A stretch of 64,000 nt of DNA, taken from contig MU058337.1 of assembly GCA_013265495.1 (NCBI GenBank), positions 3,068,686 to 3,132,685 on the forward strand. The letters run 5' to 3'. The stretch is from Vicugna vicugna (taxonomy: Eukaryota). Every line of letters starts with the position of its first letter. Position 1 is the first letter of the stretch. The position numbers and the translations under genes were made by a program. This document shows, piece by piece, positions 11,495 through 22,516 of the stretch. The notes below the pieces were generated by a model, which worked only from the letters and a program-made list of their open reading frames with translations, made no database searches and had not been told where the DNA came from.

Positions 11495-13635
11495 CTTTTG
11501 AGTAGTTTTAAGTTCACAGAAAAATTTAAAGGGTGCTAGAGAGATTTTCTAAATAATCCCCATACCACATATGCGTTGACTCCCCCACTGTCAACATCCC
11601 TCACCAGAGTGGTACATTTGTTACAACTGTGTAACCTATGTTGACACATCATAATCACCCAAAATCCACAGTTTATACTAGGGTTCACTCTTAGTGTTGC
11701 ACATTCTGTGCATTTGGACAAATGTGTAACACAAGTATCCATCAATGTAATATCATACAGAGTATTTGAACGGCTTTAAAATTCCTCTGTGCTCTGCCTA
11801 TTCATCTTCCCTCTCCCCCCGCCAAACTCTGACAATCACTGACCTTTCATTGCCTCCATAATTTTGCCTTTTCCACAATCTTATATAGTTAGAATCCTAC
11901 AATACATAGATTCTTCAAATTGGCTTGTTTTATTTAGTAGTATGTCCTCCTTGTCTTTTTCTGGCATTATAGTTCATTTTCTAGCATTGAATAATATTCC
12001 ATTTTCTGGATGTATCATAGTTTATTTATCCACTCACCAGCTGAAGGACATCTTGATTTTCCCCAAGTTTTGGCAATCATGAACAAATCTGCTATAAAAT
12101 TGGTGTGTAGTGTTTTGTGTGGACATAAGTTTTCACCTCCTTTGGGAAGATCTCAAGGAGTGTGATGGTTGGACCAAAGAGTAAGAATAGGTTTAGTTTT
12201 ATAAGAAGCCTCCAAACTGTATTTTTTACAGTGGCCATACCATTTGGCATTTCCGTGAGTAAAGAATAAAAATTCCTATTGCTCCACATCCTTGCTAGCA
12301 TTTAGTGTCATCAGTGTTTGGAATTTTGGCCATTCTAATAGGCCTGAGGTAGTATCTGATTTTTTTTTATTTTCTTCCCTAATGACATATAATGTGGAAA
12401 ATATTTTCATATGCTATTTGCCGTCTGTACATCTTCTTCGACTAGATATCTGTTAAGAATTTGGCACATTTTATAATCAGGCATTTTGTTGTTGTTGTTG
12501 AGTTTTAAGAGTTTTTTTTTTTTTATTTTGGATGAAAGGCCTTTATCAGATATTTTTTTGCAAATATTTTCCCTGAGACAGAGCTTATCGTCTCGTTCTT
12601 TTGGCATTGTCATTCACAGAACAGAATTTTTTAGTTTTAATGAAGTCCAACTTATCAATTATATCTTTCATTGATCATGAATTTGTTATATTCAAAAAAT
12701 GATCACCATAATCAACGTTATCTAGAATTTCTCCTAAATCATCTTCTAGGAGTTTTATAGTTTTGCATTTTACCTTGAGATTTATGATCTGTTTTGAGTT
12801 AATTTTTGAGAAGAGTGTAAGGTCTGTGTCTAGATTCATTTCTTTGCATCAGGGTATCCAGTTGTTCCAGGACCATTTGCTGAAAGAGCTATCTTTACTC
12901 CATTATGTTGTCTTTCTCCTTCATCAAAGGTCAGTTGACTATATTTTTGTGGATATGTTTCTGGGCTCCCAGTTCTGTTCTATTCATCTATTTGCCTATT
13001 CTTTTTCTAATACGATATTGTCTTGTTTACTGTAGCTTTACATGCAGTCTTGATGCAGAGTAGCATCAGTTCTCCAACTTTTTCCCTCTCCTTTAATGTC
13101 GTGTTGATTATTCTGGGTCTTTGGCTGCTCCATATGGACTTTAGAATCATTTTATCAAAATCATAAAATAACCTGCTAAGGTTCTCACTGAGATTGCATT
13201 GACTCTAGTGATTAACTTGGGAAGAACTGACATCGTGACAAAACAGTCTTCTTATCCAGGAATATGGGATGTCTCTCCTTTTATTTAATTCATTTCCTTT
13301 TTACTCATTCATCAGAATTTTGTAGTTTTCCTTAAATAGACTTTGCACATATCTTGTTAGATTTATACATAGATAATCATTTTGTGGGGTACCAATATAA
13401 ATGGTGCTGTGTTATAACTTTAAATTCTACTTGTCTTGCTGTTATAGAGGAAAGGAAATGACTTTTGTATATTAACCTTGAATCCTGCAAAATTGCTATA
13501 ATTACTTACTAGTTCCAGGAGTTGTTTTGTCAATTCTTTAGAATATTTTTTACATAAATGACCATGTCATCTTGAACAAAGACAGTTTCATTTCTTCCTT
13601 ATCAATCTGTTTAACTTTATTTTCTTGTCTTCTAG
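11495..13635 (-). mobile_element. L1MC-type LINE fragment (about 2.1 kb, 3' UTR and ORF2 end)
   Basis: CACCAGAGTGGTACATTTGTTACAA...CATCATAATCACCCAAAATCCACAGTTTA...AGGGTTCACTCTT is the L1MC 3' UTR antisense, followed by T-rich ORF2 antisense; many stops and frameshifts. Confidence 0.9.
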
Positions 13636-14361
13636 TGTCCAAGAAATGAGTAGGTCAAAGAAGATATATAGAACTTCCATCATTTTTAAAGTTTTTCACA
13701 CTTTTGATATATAGCAACACAATGGTTATATGGTTATAGCAATAAAATATAAAATAGCACTTAGGAAGAAAGGCTACATGACTCAAAATGAATTAAAAAT
13801 GCTACCAAACTTGGATATATAAATATTAAGGTTTATTTGTTGTTTTATAGCACATTTCACAGCAATTCTAAAACCATGGATTATATATTAGGTCATATGT
13901 TCACCAGCTTAAACTGCAAGGATGAGTGAAAACACTCTGCTAAGTTTGGCCTCTACCCAAACCTAATGCATTTTATATGTCAGATGGATTCAATGCTTTC
14001 AAGGATAGAATGCAATTTATTTTTTGGCAAACGTATGAGTTTCCAGTTTGAAGAAAATACTATTGGAAAAAAATTTTTTCAAAACTATATTTTGACGTGT
14101 GAGTATAAATCAATCAACCAATATAGTGTTTGATTTAAACACTCAGAAATCTTTTTAACATGAGCTAGAAAAGCATTTCAGTAAAATGCATTTAGGTTTG
14201 ATGTTCTTGCAGTAGTTCTTTTCTTTATGATTTCTGAAACTGTTCAGCTAGATTTGTTCTAGCACGTAGATGTTTTCTTTCCAGACTTCATCTAGAATTC
14301 ACTATGAGATTGGAGGAGTAACTGATGTATCTGAGTATTAAAATAAATAAATTAACTCACT

Positions 14362-14640
14362 GTTGTGGTTGTTGAGCATAATCTCATGCTCCTTGACAGA
14401 GTGCTGAATTTAGGTTTGAACAGAAGGGTAGACCAGTCCCTGTATTGAATCCTTGGCCACGGTTTAGTCAAAATTGCCAGGTGATTTTCAAAAAGACCAC
14501 TCGAGTATCCATTTATTAGGAAAGCCTGGTTCATCTCAACAACACCAAGGACAGTCCACCTTGATGAAGTCTCAGCAGCATCTCAGTAGCATCCTGAAAT
14601 ACGGTTTAGTGCTCAGGGTTTGAGTGGCAAAAATCTGTCC
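14362..14640 (+). mobile_element. possible ancient SINE (MamSINE1/AmnSINE2-like)
   Basis: B-box-like GGTTTGAAC followed by GACCAGTCCCTGT...AGGAAAGCCTGG...CACCAAGGACAGTCCACCTTGATGAAGTCTCAGCAG; resemblance is from memory of the consensus only. Confidence 0.45.
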
Positions 14641-17511
14641 TTTTAATAGAGCGATTTGAGTAGGATGGAACAAAGTGTATGAAATATTAAGATTAGTGCA
14701 CAGAGTGAGGTGAGGATCCCAAAACAAGCCTGGACAACAAACAATGTTTTGGTAAGTGCATCATTTGCTCAGTTATGTTATCTCTTGTCCCAAGAAAGTG
14801 GCTTGTAGCCCAAATGAATGAAATATTGCCTTGAAAGGTAGCCATTGAGTAATCTGTCATCAGTGGTGTCACTGAGTGATCACAGAGTTATCTTCCTGGG
14901 CAAGTAATTCCAAGGTAAAGAGTAAACTCCTACCTGGGGAGGCAGCTTTCTACACTGATAGTTGTTATATGAAAGCAGGGTGTCTCCACTCTTGGAGTAG
15001 AGATGTAGGGCACTTTTGGTGGCTAGAGGAGCACGCTCCTGCCCCCGAAGCTGTCATTCAGTGAGGCAGGGTGGTTGCAGTGCTTTCCTATCGTGAAGGG
15101 GCTCAGCCTGAAGTCCACACGTAATGAAGAGGGAAGATGGGAGAATCGCACAGAAGAGCAAGAGCACTGACAAAACCGTGACCTAAGGTGGCCATGGCCC
15201 TTGACTTTTCACATACAAAACCCAATAAATTGACTTTACAGCTTTGGGCATCTTACACTGGCATGTCTGCTGTTTGACTCTGAAAGCATGATAATTGGCA
15301 AACACACTAAACCATGGATAATGGTTCCCTTGGCAGGTAGAACTGATGAGCGGAGATGGGAATGTTCCCTTAAAAATAATGGTTGTAGAGAATATTCAAA
15401 GATACAGGGAAACCCTTCACAATGTAAGAGGGAAATAAGGAATATGCCAAACTTCATTTCATTAATTCAATAAGTTTTGCTGGCTACTTATTATGTGTCA
15501 CATTTAGTTCCAGGTGCTGGAGATATGCATGAAAATAAAACAGAAAAGAAAAAATCTCTGCCCTCATAATACCACTTTATTTTTAAATAATATATTCATA
15601 CTAAAAAAATGAAGTCCAAGGGATTATTAATGGTAGTTACCTACAAATAGTGACATCATGGCTGACTTTTTTCTTTGTATCTTTATATTTTAAAAATATG
15701 GATTCAATATTTTATATAATAAATGCTTATTATTTATATTCATAAAAATGACTCTAAAAAATACTAAAGAAGTGGAAAGGCATTAGGAGTTTGGAAAGAG
15801 ATCTCTTTGGTTTTAACCCGATCTCTACACATTTCAGAAGCATCTAAAGCTACCCAGAATGTTACCGACTTAAGATACCAACTGGGAATTTTCAGTTCTC
15901 ATCTCAATTATGTTAATCATGTCCAAAAAAGAAGTCAAGGAGTGTAGATACATGAAAGACGATTTAAAGTGTTCCTCCAGAGGTATTAGTGAAAATCAGC
16001 ACCACTTTATAATTTTTAAAATGGCTGGTTTAAAATTTGTACTAGCATGTTCTTTTATAATTTTAAACCACACTTTGTTTACCACAGAAAACTTAGGACA
16101 CAAACTGAAACAAAAGTGAAGAAAATTAGCAGATTATATCACAACTCACATAACAATTGTAAGCATTATCTGTTTCCATTTTTCATATCCTTGGATTTGA
16201 TTTGTGATATCTAAATATATGTGAATAAATAAAAGAATTAAATGATTAGAGCCATTTATTTGAAAAACTGTTATTAAAAATATTCTGGCATATTGATTGC
16301 AGTCTACTTTTGTATCTGTATTTTTATTAACCATATTTTAACAAGTTTTATTCTATAATGGATATCTTGATTTGCATAATTTCAAAAGAAATTAAGATTT
16401 TTAAATGTATCTTTCATTCGTAATTGAAGGTAGATTTCTTTTTCAGGAATCTTTCGCATATTAACATTTCTTTGCTTTAATGAAGTTCACTTAATATCTC
16501 AAATATTAGAACTGAAAATTAAAATGTACTTATAGCAAGAGAATAAAAACAATATATCAATTATGATAGCAGGGATTGTCTTTTCAAACAGTACACAGTT
16601 TGAGAAAACAGAAAGGAACTTGACAATGGTATATGTATGTATATATATAATCAGGTAGAAGAAAAGGTCAGTATCTCTACCACACATCTAAAGCTTTAAG
16701 TGGTTTTACTTTTTCACTGGTTACATATCAGTTTTCAGACAGCAAATACAATTTTATGACAAGTGACCTTATCCCTATCAGTAAGAGATGTGTCTCTGAG
16801 CTGTGCATCGACACTAAATATATTATTGTTATTATACTCTTACAGAAACAGAATAACACAACTTTATTAAATGTCAAGTGTTTATTTTATAAGATTTAGA
16901 GTTTATGGAAGTGTGATAGAAAATTATGTCACAATAGTTAACTGAACACAATATAAGTTTATATTTTAGGAAAATAAGCTATAATATAAAATGAAGTATA
17001 CAACAGATTTTTAATGCTTTGAAAGGTCTACTGAAGTTTTTGTTGTCTACATAGAATTATAGAAACAAAGCAATACATATTTGTTTTACACAGTAAATCA
17101 TTTTGGAAATATTTTCCACATATTTATCATATATAAGTAGATTCCTTTTTCAAACTATGAAACGAAAGAACATTTATGAAGCAAAGCATATTTTTTTCAT
17201 ACCATCTTGCTTTAGACTAATGAAATGGTTGGTTCTAAATCCAATCATTTGTTTCATATCCAGGTTCATGTTTGGTGGTCTCTGATTTTACTGATATGAT
17301 AGCCAATGCTCATCTTTACTGGTCCTATCAAAATTCTATGTGGACAAATATCAGACAGATTTTTTTCAGTCAGATTTTGCTTAAATGATGTAGACAAAGC
17401 TAACTCAAACCATCTGAAAATGTGTTTTTGCACTTAAAAAAGAATGAAATGTTCAGAGTGATTAGAATATAAGAAATATAATACGTATGAATAACATCCA
17501 TAGTAAGTCTT

Positions 17512-17668
17512 ATGTTCAATATCTTATAATAACCTTTAATGAAAAAGAATATGAAAACAAATGTATGTGTGTATATGCATGACTGGGACATTGTGCTGTA
17601 CATCAGAACTTGCCACACAGTAACTGACAGTACTTCAATTAAAAAAAAAATATATATATATATATATC
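17512..17668 (+). mobile_element. heavily 5'-truncated young L1 (camelid-type 3' end)
   Basis: CAATATCTTATAATAACCTTTAATGAAAAAGAATATG...GACTGGGACATTGTGCTGTACATCAGAA...TACTTCAATT, then A10 and (TA)n; 15-bp TSD TCCATAGTRAGTCTT at 17497-17511 and 17669-17683. Confidence 0.88.
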
Positions 17669-18117
17669 TCCATAGTGAGTCTTGTACTGAGAGTCCAAAA
17701 AGGGAGAGATGAACAAGATCACAGAATGAAATGCTTGTTGTTGGGCAGATATTCTTATTGTTATTTTTCTTCCCTCCTCCTCCCCACCTGTTTCTCTTTC
17801 ACCTCCACCTCCTCCTCTAATCTTTAATATTAATGTTGGGAGAGACTGGTAGGAACCAGGTAGGAGCAAACATTTCCTTGGAAACTCTAACTCATCTCTA
17901 GATTTGCAGCCATATCCAGGTTATAATTAGATTTTAAGAATCCCTTATGAATTCAGAATCTTCCCTAACTTAAAATGGATCATCTACAAAGCTGGGATTC
18001 ATTGGCAACCCACATTATCACCTTACCTTACTTATTAAAATTAAGTGATGGATAAAGCATTCAGGTTTCTGTTGTTCTTTTTGAACATGTTCGATGTGAA
18101 TGTTTCTTAAAATTGAT

Positions 18118-18910
18118 CTATGCCCTTCTCTTCCAGCTTCTAAAGGCTGCAGCATCCCAGGGCTCCTGACAGCTCTACTGTAATCTGTTTCTCTCCTTAT
18201 GTTGCCTTCTGCTACAGCTTTTGACCTTTGATTGGGGAGGAAAAAGTTCTTCTCTTCCTTTTTAGTTTCTTTGGCTGGCCTAATAATCAAACTGACATAA
18301 GATAGATTAACAGGAGAAAAGCAAATCTAATTTTTTATGGAAGCCCCAAAAAGTCATGAAAGGATCTCCAATAGTCAGGTGATTGAGTCTTATATACCAT
18401 CCTGAGCTACGGAGAAAGGGATAAGGATCGGAGAGTCTCAAAGGTAAGGAAGACAAGTCTAAGGAAGATGAGAAGAGCACATGTTTAGTAAACAGCTTTG
18501 CCAAACAAAGATACCTGTCATGCAGGTGTCTTCCTAATATAGCTATTTTTGGTATTAGCTCCCTCTTGGTTCCTATACTCCATCTAAATCATTTTAGGCA
18601 GTTAGTGGGGAGAAAAAAGCTCTTCCTGAGTCTCTTGAGCCTTGATTATCTTCAGCTGGAAATAATACACAGGCCAAAGTGTCCCATTCTGGGGTGGCCA
18701 TCCCTGAACCCCATAACCTTCCTTCCTACCTCTTCAGAGAACCCCTGTGATTAAATCTGAGCTCTGCAGGTAATGCAGGACAGTCTCCCCATCTCAAGAT
18801 CCTTTACTTAATCACTATGAGAAGTTTCTTATTCCATGGGAGGCACCAGTCACAGGTTTTAGGGATCTGAACATGGACACCTTTGGTGGACCATTACTCA
18901 GCCTACCAAA
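18118..18910 (-). mobile_element. MLT1 (MaLR) LTR split by a younger LTR
   Basis: TTCCAGCTTCTAAAGGCTGC at the left; CTCCCCATCTCAAGATCCTT...CCATTACTCAGCCTACCA at the right. Confidence 0.8.
18229..18715 (-). mobile_element. ERV1-class solo LTR nested in MLT1
   Basis: TGATTGGGGAGGAAAAA...GACATAAGATAGATTAACAGGAGAAAAG...GGGGTGGCCATCCCTGAACCCCATA, flanked by ACCTT direct repeats (18224-18228 and 18716-18720). Confidence 0.8.
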
Positions 18911-19609
18911 ATAACATATAACCTAGAATAAATAAAAATCAACTAAAACAAACAAACAGACGACCTCAGCCCCTTTGATACTTAGAAAGATATTTGAATA
19001 GTGGTGTTTAAATGACTTGGGATTACATTTCTTTCTATAGGGGTCCACTTACATTACTTGGTGCTACAAGAAATTGTAGTAAATTATCAAAGTCATATAA
19101 ATGCTTTGTGAGTCATGTAAATGCAAATGGGAGTTTGATTTTTAATTTATTAAATCATCAGCAGACATAATTAATGTTATTGTATAATAGGGTTATTGTT
19201 CACATGTAAAATGATATTATCACAAAATAAAAGATATGTGATATTTGCATATGGGACAAAAGGGAGAATTGGAATAAACATTATTATTTCTTTACCTTTC
19301 ATGAACCAAAGTATGTTGTCCTTTTCAAAACTGTTAAATCAAGATAAATAGGCATGTATTTAAAGTTAAGGTTTTAAAGGCAGCTTTAGAGAAAGAAAAA
19401 ATAATAGAAGAATCAATAAAATCTGAAGGGTTAATGGGGAGAGAAGACAGTGAATTAACTGTGACCTCATCCTTCATGGTGGGAGGGAGCATGTGATGAC
19501 TAAGGTTGATAAATCCAGGAGACAAATCGACATTACCTGAAGTCATATTAGTAACTCTGCTGTTTATTTGCTGTTTAAATTTCAGATTGATTTCTGGTTT
19601 TTCCTTCGG

Positions 19610-19760
19610 CTTCCTTTACACTTTCGCACTCTGACCCTTTATAGTGCACTGCTCAGGCTCCCTAGCCAGCTGGCTTCTGGATGGTTAGAGCCAAAGGGAA
19701 GCACTGGAGAGTGGGGTAAGAATCAAGGGAGAAGCCCACTAGTGCCCCCTCTCTGGGACA
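19610..19760 (+). mobile_element. LTR33-like fragment
   Basis: GGCTCCCTAGCCAGCTGGCTTCTGGATGGTTAGAGCCAAAGGGAAGCACTGG. Confidence 0.55.
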
Positions 19761-20696
19761 ATCTAAACGCTGCCTACTACAATATGCAATTTACCCCCCA
19801 ACGAGAATCTAGGCTCATAAAACTGATTAACACGATTATATATGGGATCTGGGATCATATGATGCCTTGCTATTATTTCCAGATCTGTTCTGCTCTTAAA
19901 AGTCATAGTTCTTGTTAAAAAGAGACAAATAAATGAAACAAAAAAGTATATCTTTGAAGTGAGGGCAAATAAGATAGTGTTATTTGCCCCTGTTTTGTAA
20001 AGTGGTTATCAACGACCATTTATTAAGCACCTAATATGTTCTGGAAAGTATTGGAAACACTTGGGATATTTGGGTAAATAAGATGGAAAGCTTGTCTAGA
20101 AAACCAGCATATGCCATATGTACATAAGTATAATCAAATTATCTACAAACAGTAATGCTAATGAATGCATTTGACACATCAAATCAAGTCAGCATCCATA
20201 GAACATTTTGCTAGAAAAACGAAACTGGTCAAGTTTAGATATTTCACCATATTTAAGACTTGTGTTATATCATTTATGTATTTTATATCCCATAATGTTG
20301 TACTATATATTTGTAATTTATTTTGTTACCCATAAGCACAATTTGGCAGTAACTTACTTAGACGCTCAGGGAATTTTCACTAAATTGACAGGCAAATTAA
20401 ATAAAACAAACTATCAGTTCAGCTAAATAATTGGTCAAGAAGTCAATTCTGTCAAGAAATTGTTTTGACTGAAATGGCTTGTTGTTTGAGGAAGTTAATT
20501 TTTCAATTTAGTCAATGCTTTCAGAGTAATTTTGTGTGTGTGCTACAGCTTTAATCTGCTGAGGGACTCCGTTTCCAGTTCAAAGTAACTAATGGAACTC
20601 TTTTCGATGGTATTGCTTTATATTCAGAAAGCCCAGTGGGTAGTCCCAGTAAGAAATGATAAACACAGCAACATGTTTTTGAAGCATGAAGTAGCA

Positions 20697-20853
20697 TAAT
20701 TTAGGAGCCTAAAATCCCAGGTACAAATAATTATACACAAAATTGGTTAATTACACCTCAGAGATAAGTGGAAAGTGTCCAATTGCAACTGGAATTGCTC
20801 AATTGCCTGCACAATTATCCAATTGTAGCAGTAATTATTGGCTGCTAATTTTT
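20697..20853. mobile_element. ancient element with imperfect terminal inverted repeats (MER135-like)
   Basis: Left end ATTTAGGAGCCTAAAATCCCAGGTACAA is an imperfect inverted repeat of right end TTGTAGCAGTAATTATTGGCTGCTAATT; interior rich in CAATTG/TAATTA; family name from recall. Confidence 0.6.
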
Positions 20854-22050
20854 TTCTCTCTAAAATAAATTCAATACTCCTATGTGTATTTTAAATCTCG
20901 AGTACACATCATTACACTTCTAAAATTTGCTTCAAAGCATTGCTAGTTTCTATCTCACAAATTATCTTACAAAAATACTTCCAAGTATAATATCTAAAAT
21001 TAAGTTTAAGACAAAATTATCAATTAATGGACTCAATATTATACCAGCATAATTAATTCTCTTGACCTATGTATTATTTACTGAGGAAGTGTGGAGATTA
21101 ATTTTTAGTAATAGAGTGCCTCTAAAATTTTGTTCAACACAGAACACTCATTTTCATACGATGAACCAGCATTATGCAGACACTATTAAACAAAGTTATT
21201 TTTTACAATATAAATTATTAACATCATGCGTATTGCTCCAAGTATAAGAACATGCAGGAACATTGAAATATTCAGAAATAATAGGGAAAGTCCAGGTGTG
21301 ATTTACAAATGTTTTACTCTTTTCAAATAGTAGATTCCCAAAATAGATGATTTATATATTTGACTTCAAAAATTTTCCAAAAAATAAGGGTGGATGTGAA
21401 ATAATTTAAATTGAATGACTCCACAGAAGCATAAATTTCAGACCCACATTTGACATCCAGCATAACTCTACTTCTGATTGCATCTCCACCATCTTTATTT
21501 TGGGCATAATATTCAGAATCCAAGGAATAAAGGCAGCTTGATGAGGAATTGTTAGAGGACAGATTTGTCAGAGATATCTGTCAAAAGAATGAAGAATAAA
21601 TACATTTTAAAAATAAATAAATAGACAGGAAGGGAAGGAGAGACAAAGGAAAGGTGGTTTTGCAAAGGTAGATGAAAGGAGTATTTTGAAGTGAGCATCA
21701 CAGGTTTTAGGTTGTAATTACCATAGTCATTGATAATGTCTATTTTAATGCATTCTCTCCCAGGAAAATGTTGAAATAAACAATCCCAGCATTACCTATT
21801 AACCTCTGTTTGCAAACTTGACAGTTAAACAAAGTTTAGTCTTATTTCATTATCCAGCCGCTGAGCTGCTTTTGGTGAAAAGGCAGGTGGCCGCTGTGCC
21901 CATTTTGTCACCATGGAGGTCTCCTGCTCTGTTGGGATGTGTCAATGCTCTGCAGTGTAAGCAGTATCCACTTTAAATCTGAACATCTGAGTGACAGACT
22001 TGAACCCTCTGCCTCTGAGTCTGTAATCTCTGAGTTACGGAGAACGTCCT

Positions 22051-22516
22051 TATTATGGGTTGAGTTGCACCTCCCCCCAATTTGTATGTTGATGTCCTGG
22101 CCCCTAAACCTCAGAATCTGACTTCATTTGGAAATAGGGTCTTGGAGATGCAGTTAATTAAGATGAGGTCACCCCAGATTAGGGTGGACCTGCTAATCCT
22201 GTATAATGGGTGTGCTTACACAAGGAGAGATGTGGACACAGTCACGCGTACAGGGAGAAGGCCGTGTGACGATGAGGGCAGACATTGGGCTGATGCGGCA
22301 CAAGCCAGGGGATGCCAAGGAGTTCTGGTGAGCCACCAGAAACTGGAAGAGCAGCACGGACTAGATTCTCCCTCACCATCCTCAGGCAGAACTTCCCAAC
22401 CCTGCCAACCCCTGCGTCTCCGACTTCTGGCTTTTACAGCTGTGAGAGAATAAGTTTCCACTGTCTAAGCCCCCTAGTTTGTGGTACTTTTCATAGCAGC
22501 CCGAGCAGACTAACCA
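22051..22516 (+). mobile_element. MLT1C-type MaLR solo LTR, near full length
   Basis: TATTATGGGTTGAG...TTTGGAAATAGGGTC...AAGATGAGGTCA...CTGTGAGAGAATAAGTTTC...GTTTGTGGTACTTT...ACTAACCA. Confidence 0.88.

Noticed and set aside
11536..13035. ORFs such as MLARMWSNRNFYSLL... and MMDTCVTHLSKC...
   Set aside because: They are chance or off-frame translations of a decayed L1MC element.
15996..16005. RE1 left half TCAGCACCAC
   Set aside because: Isolated short half-site in AT-rich context, with no right half.
20779..20838. CRISPR-like repeat-spacer array
   Set aside because: Mammalian DNA, units only 20 bp and degenerate, no cas genes; better explained as the interior of a TIR element.
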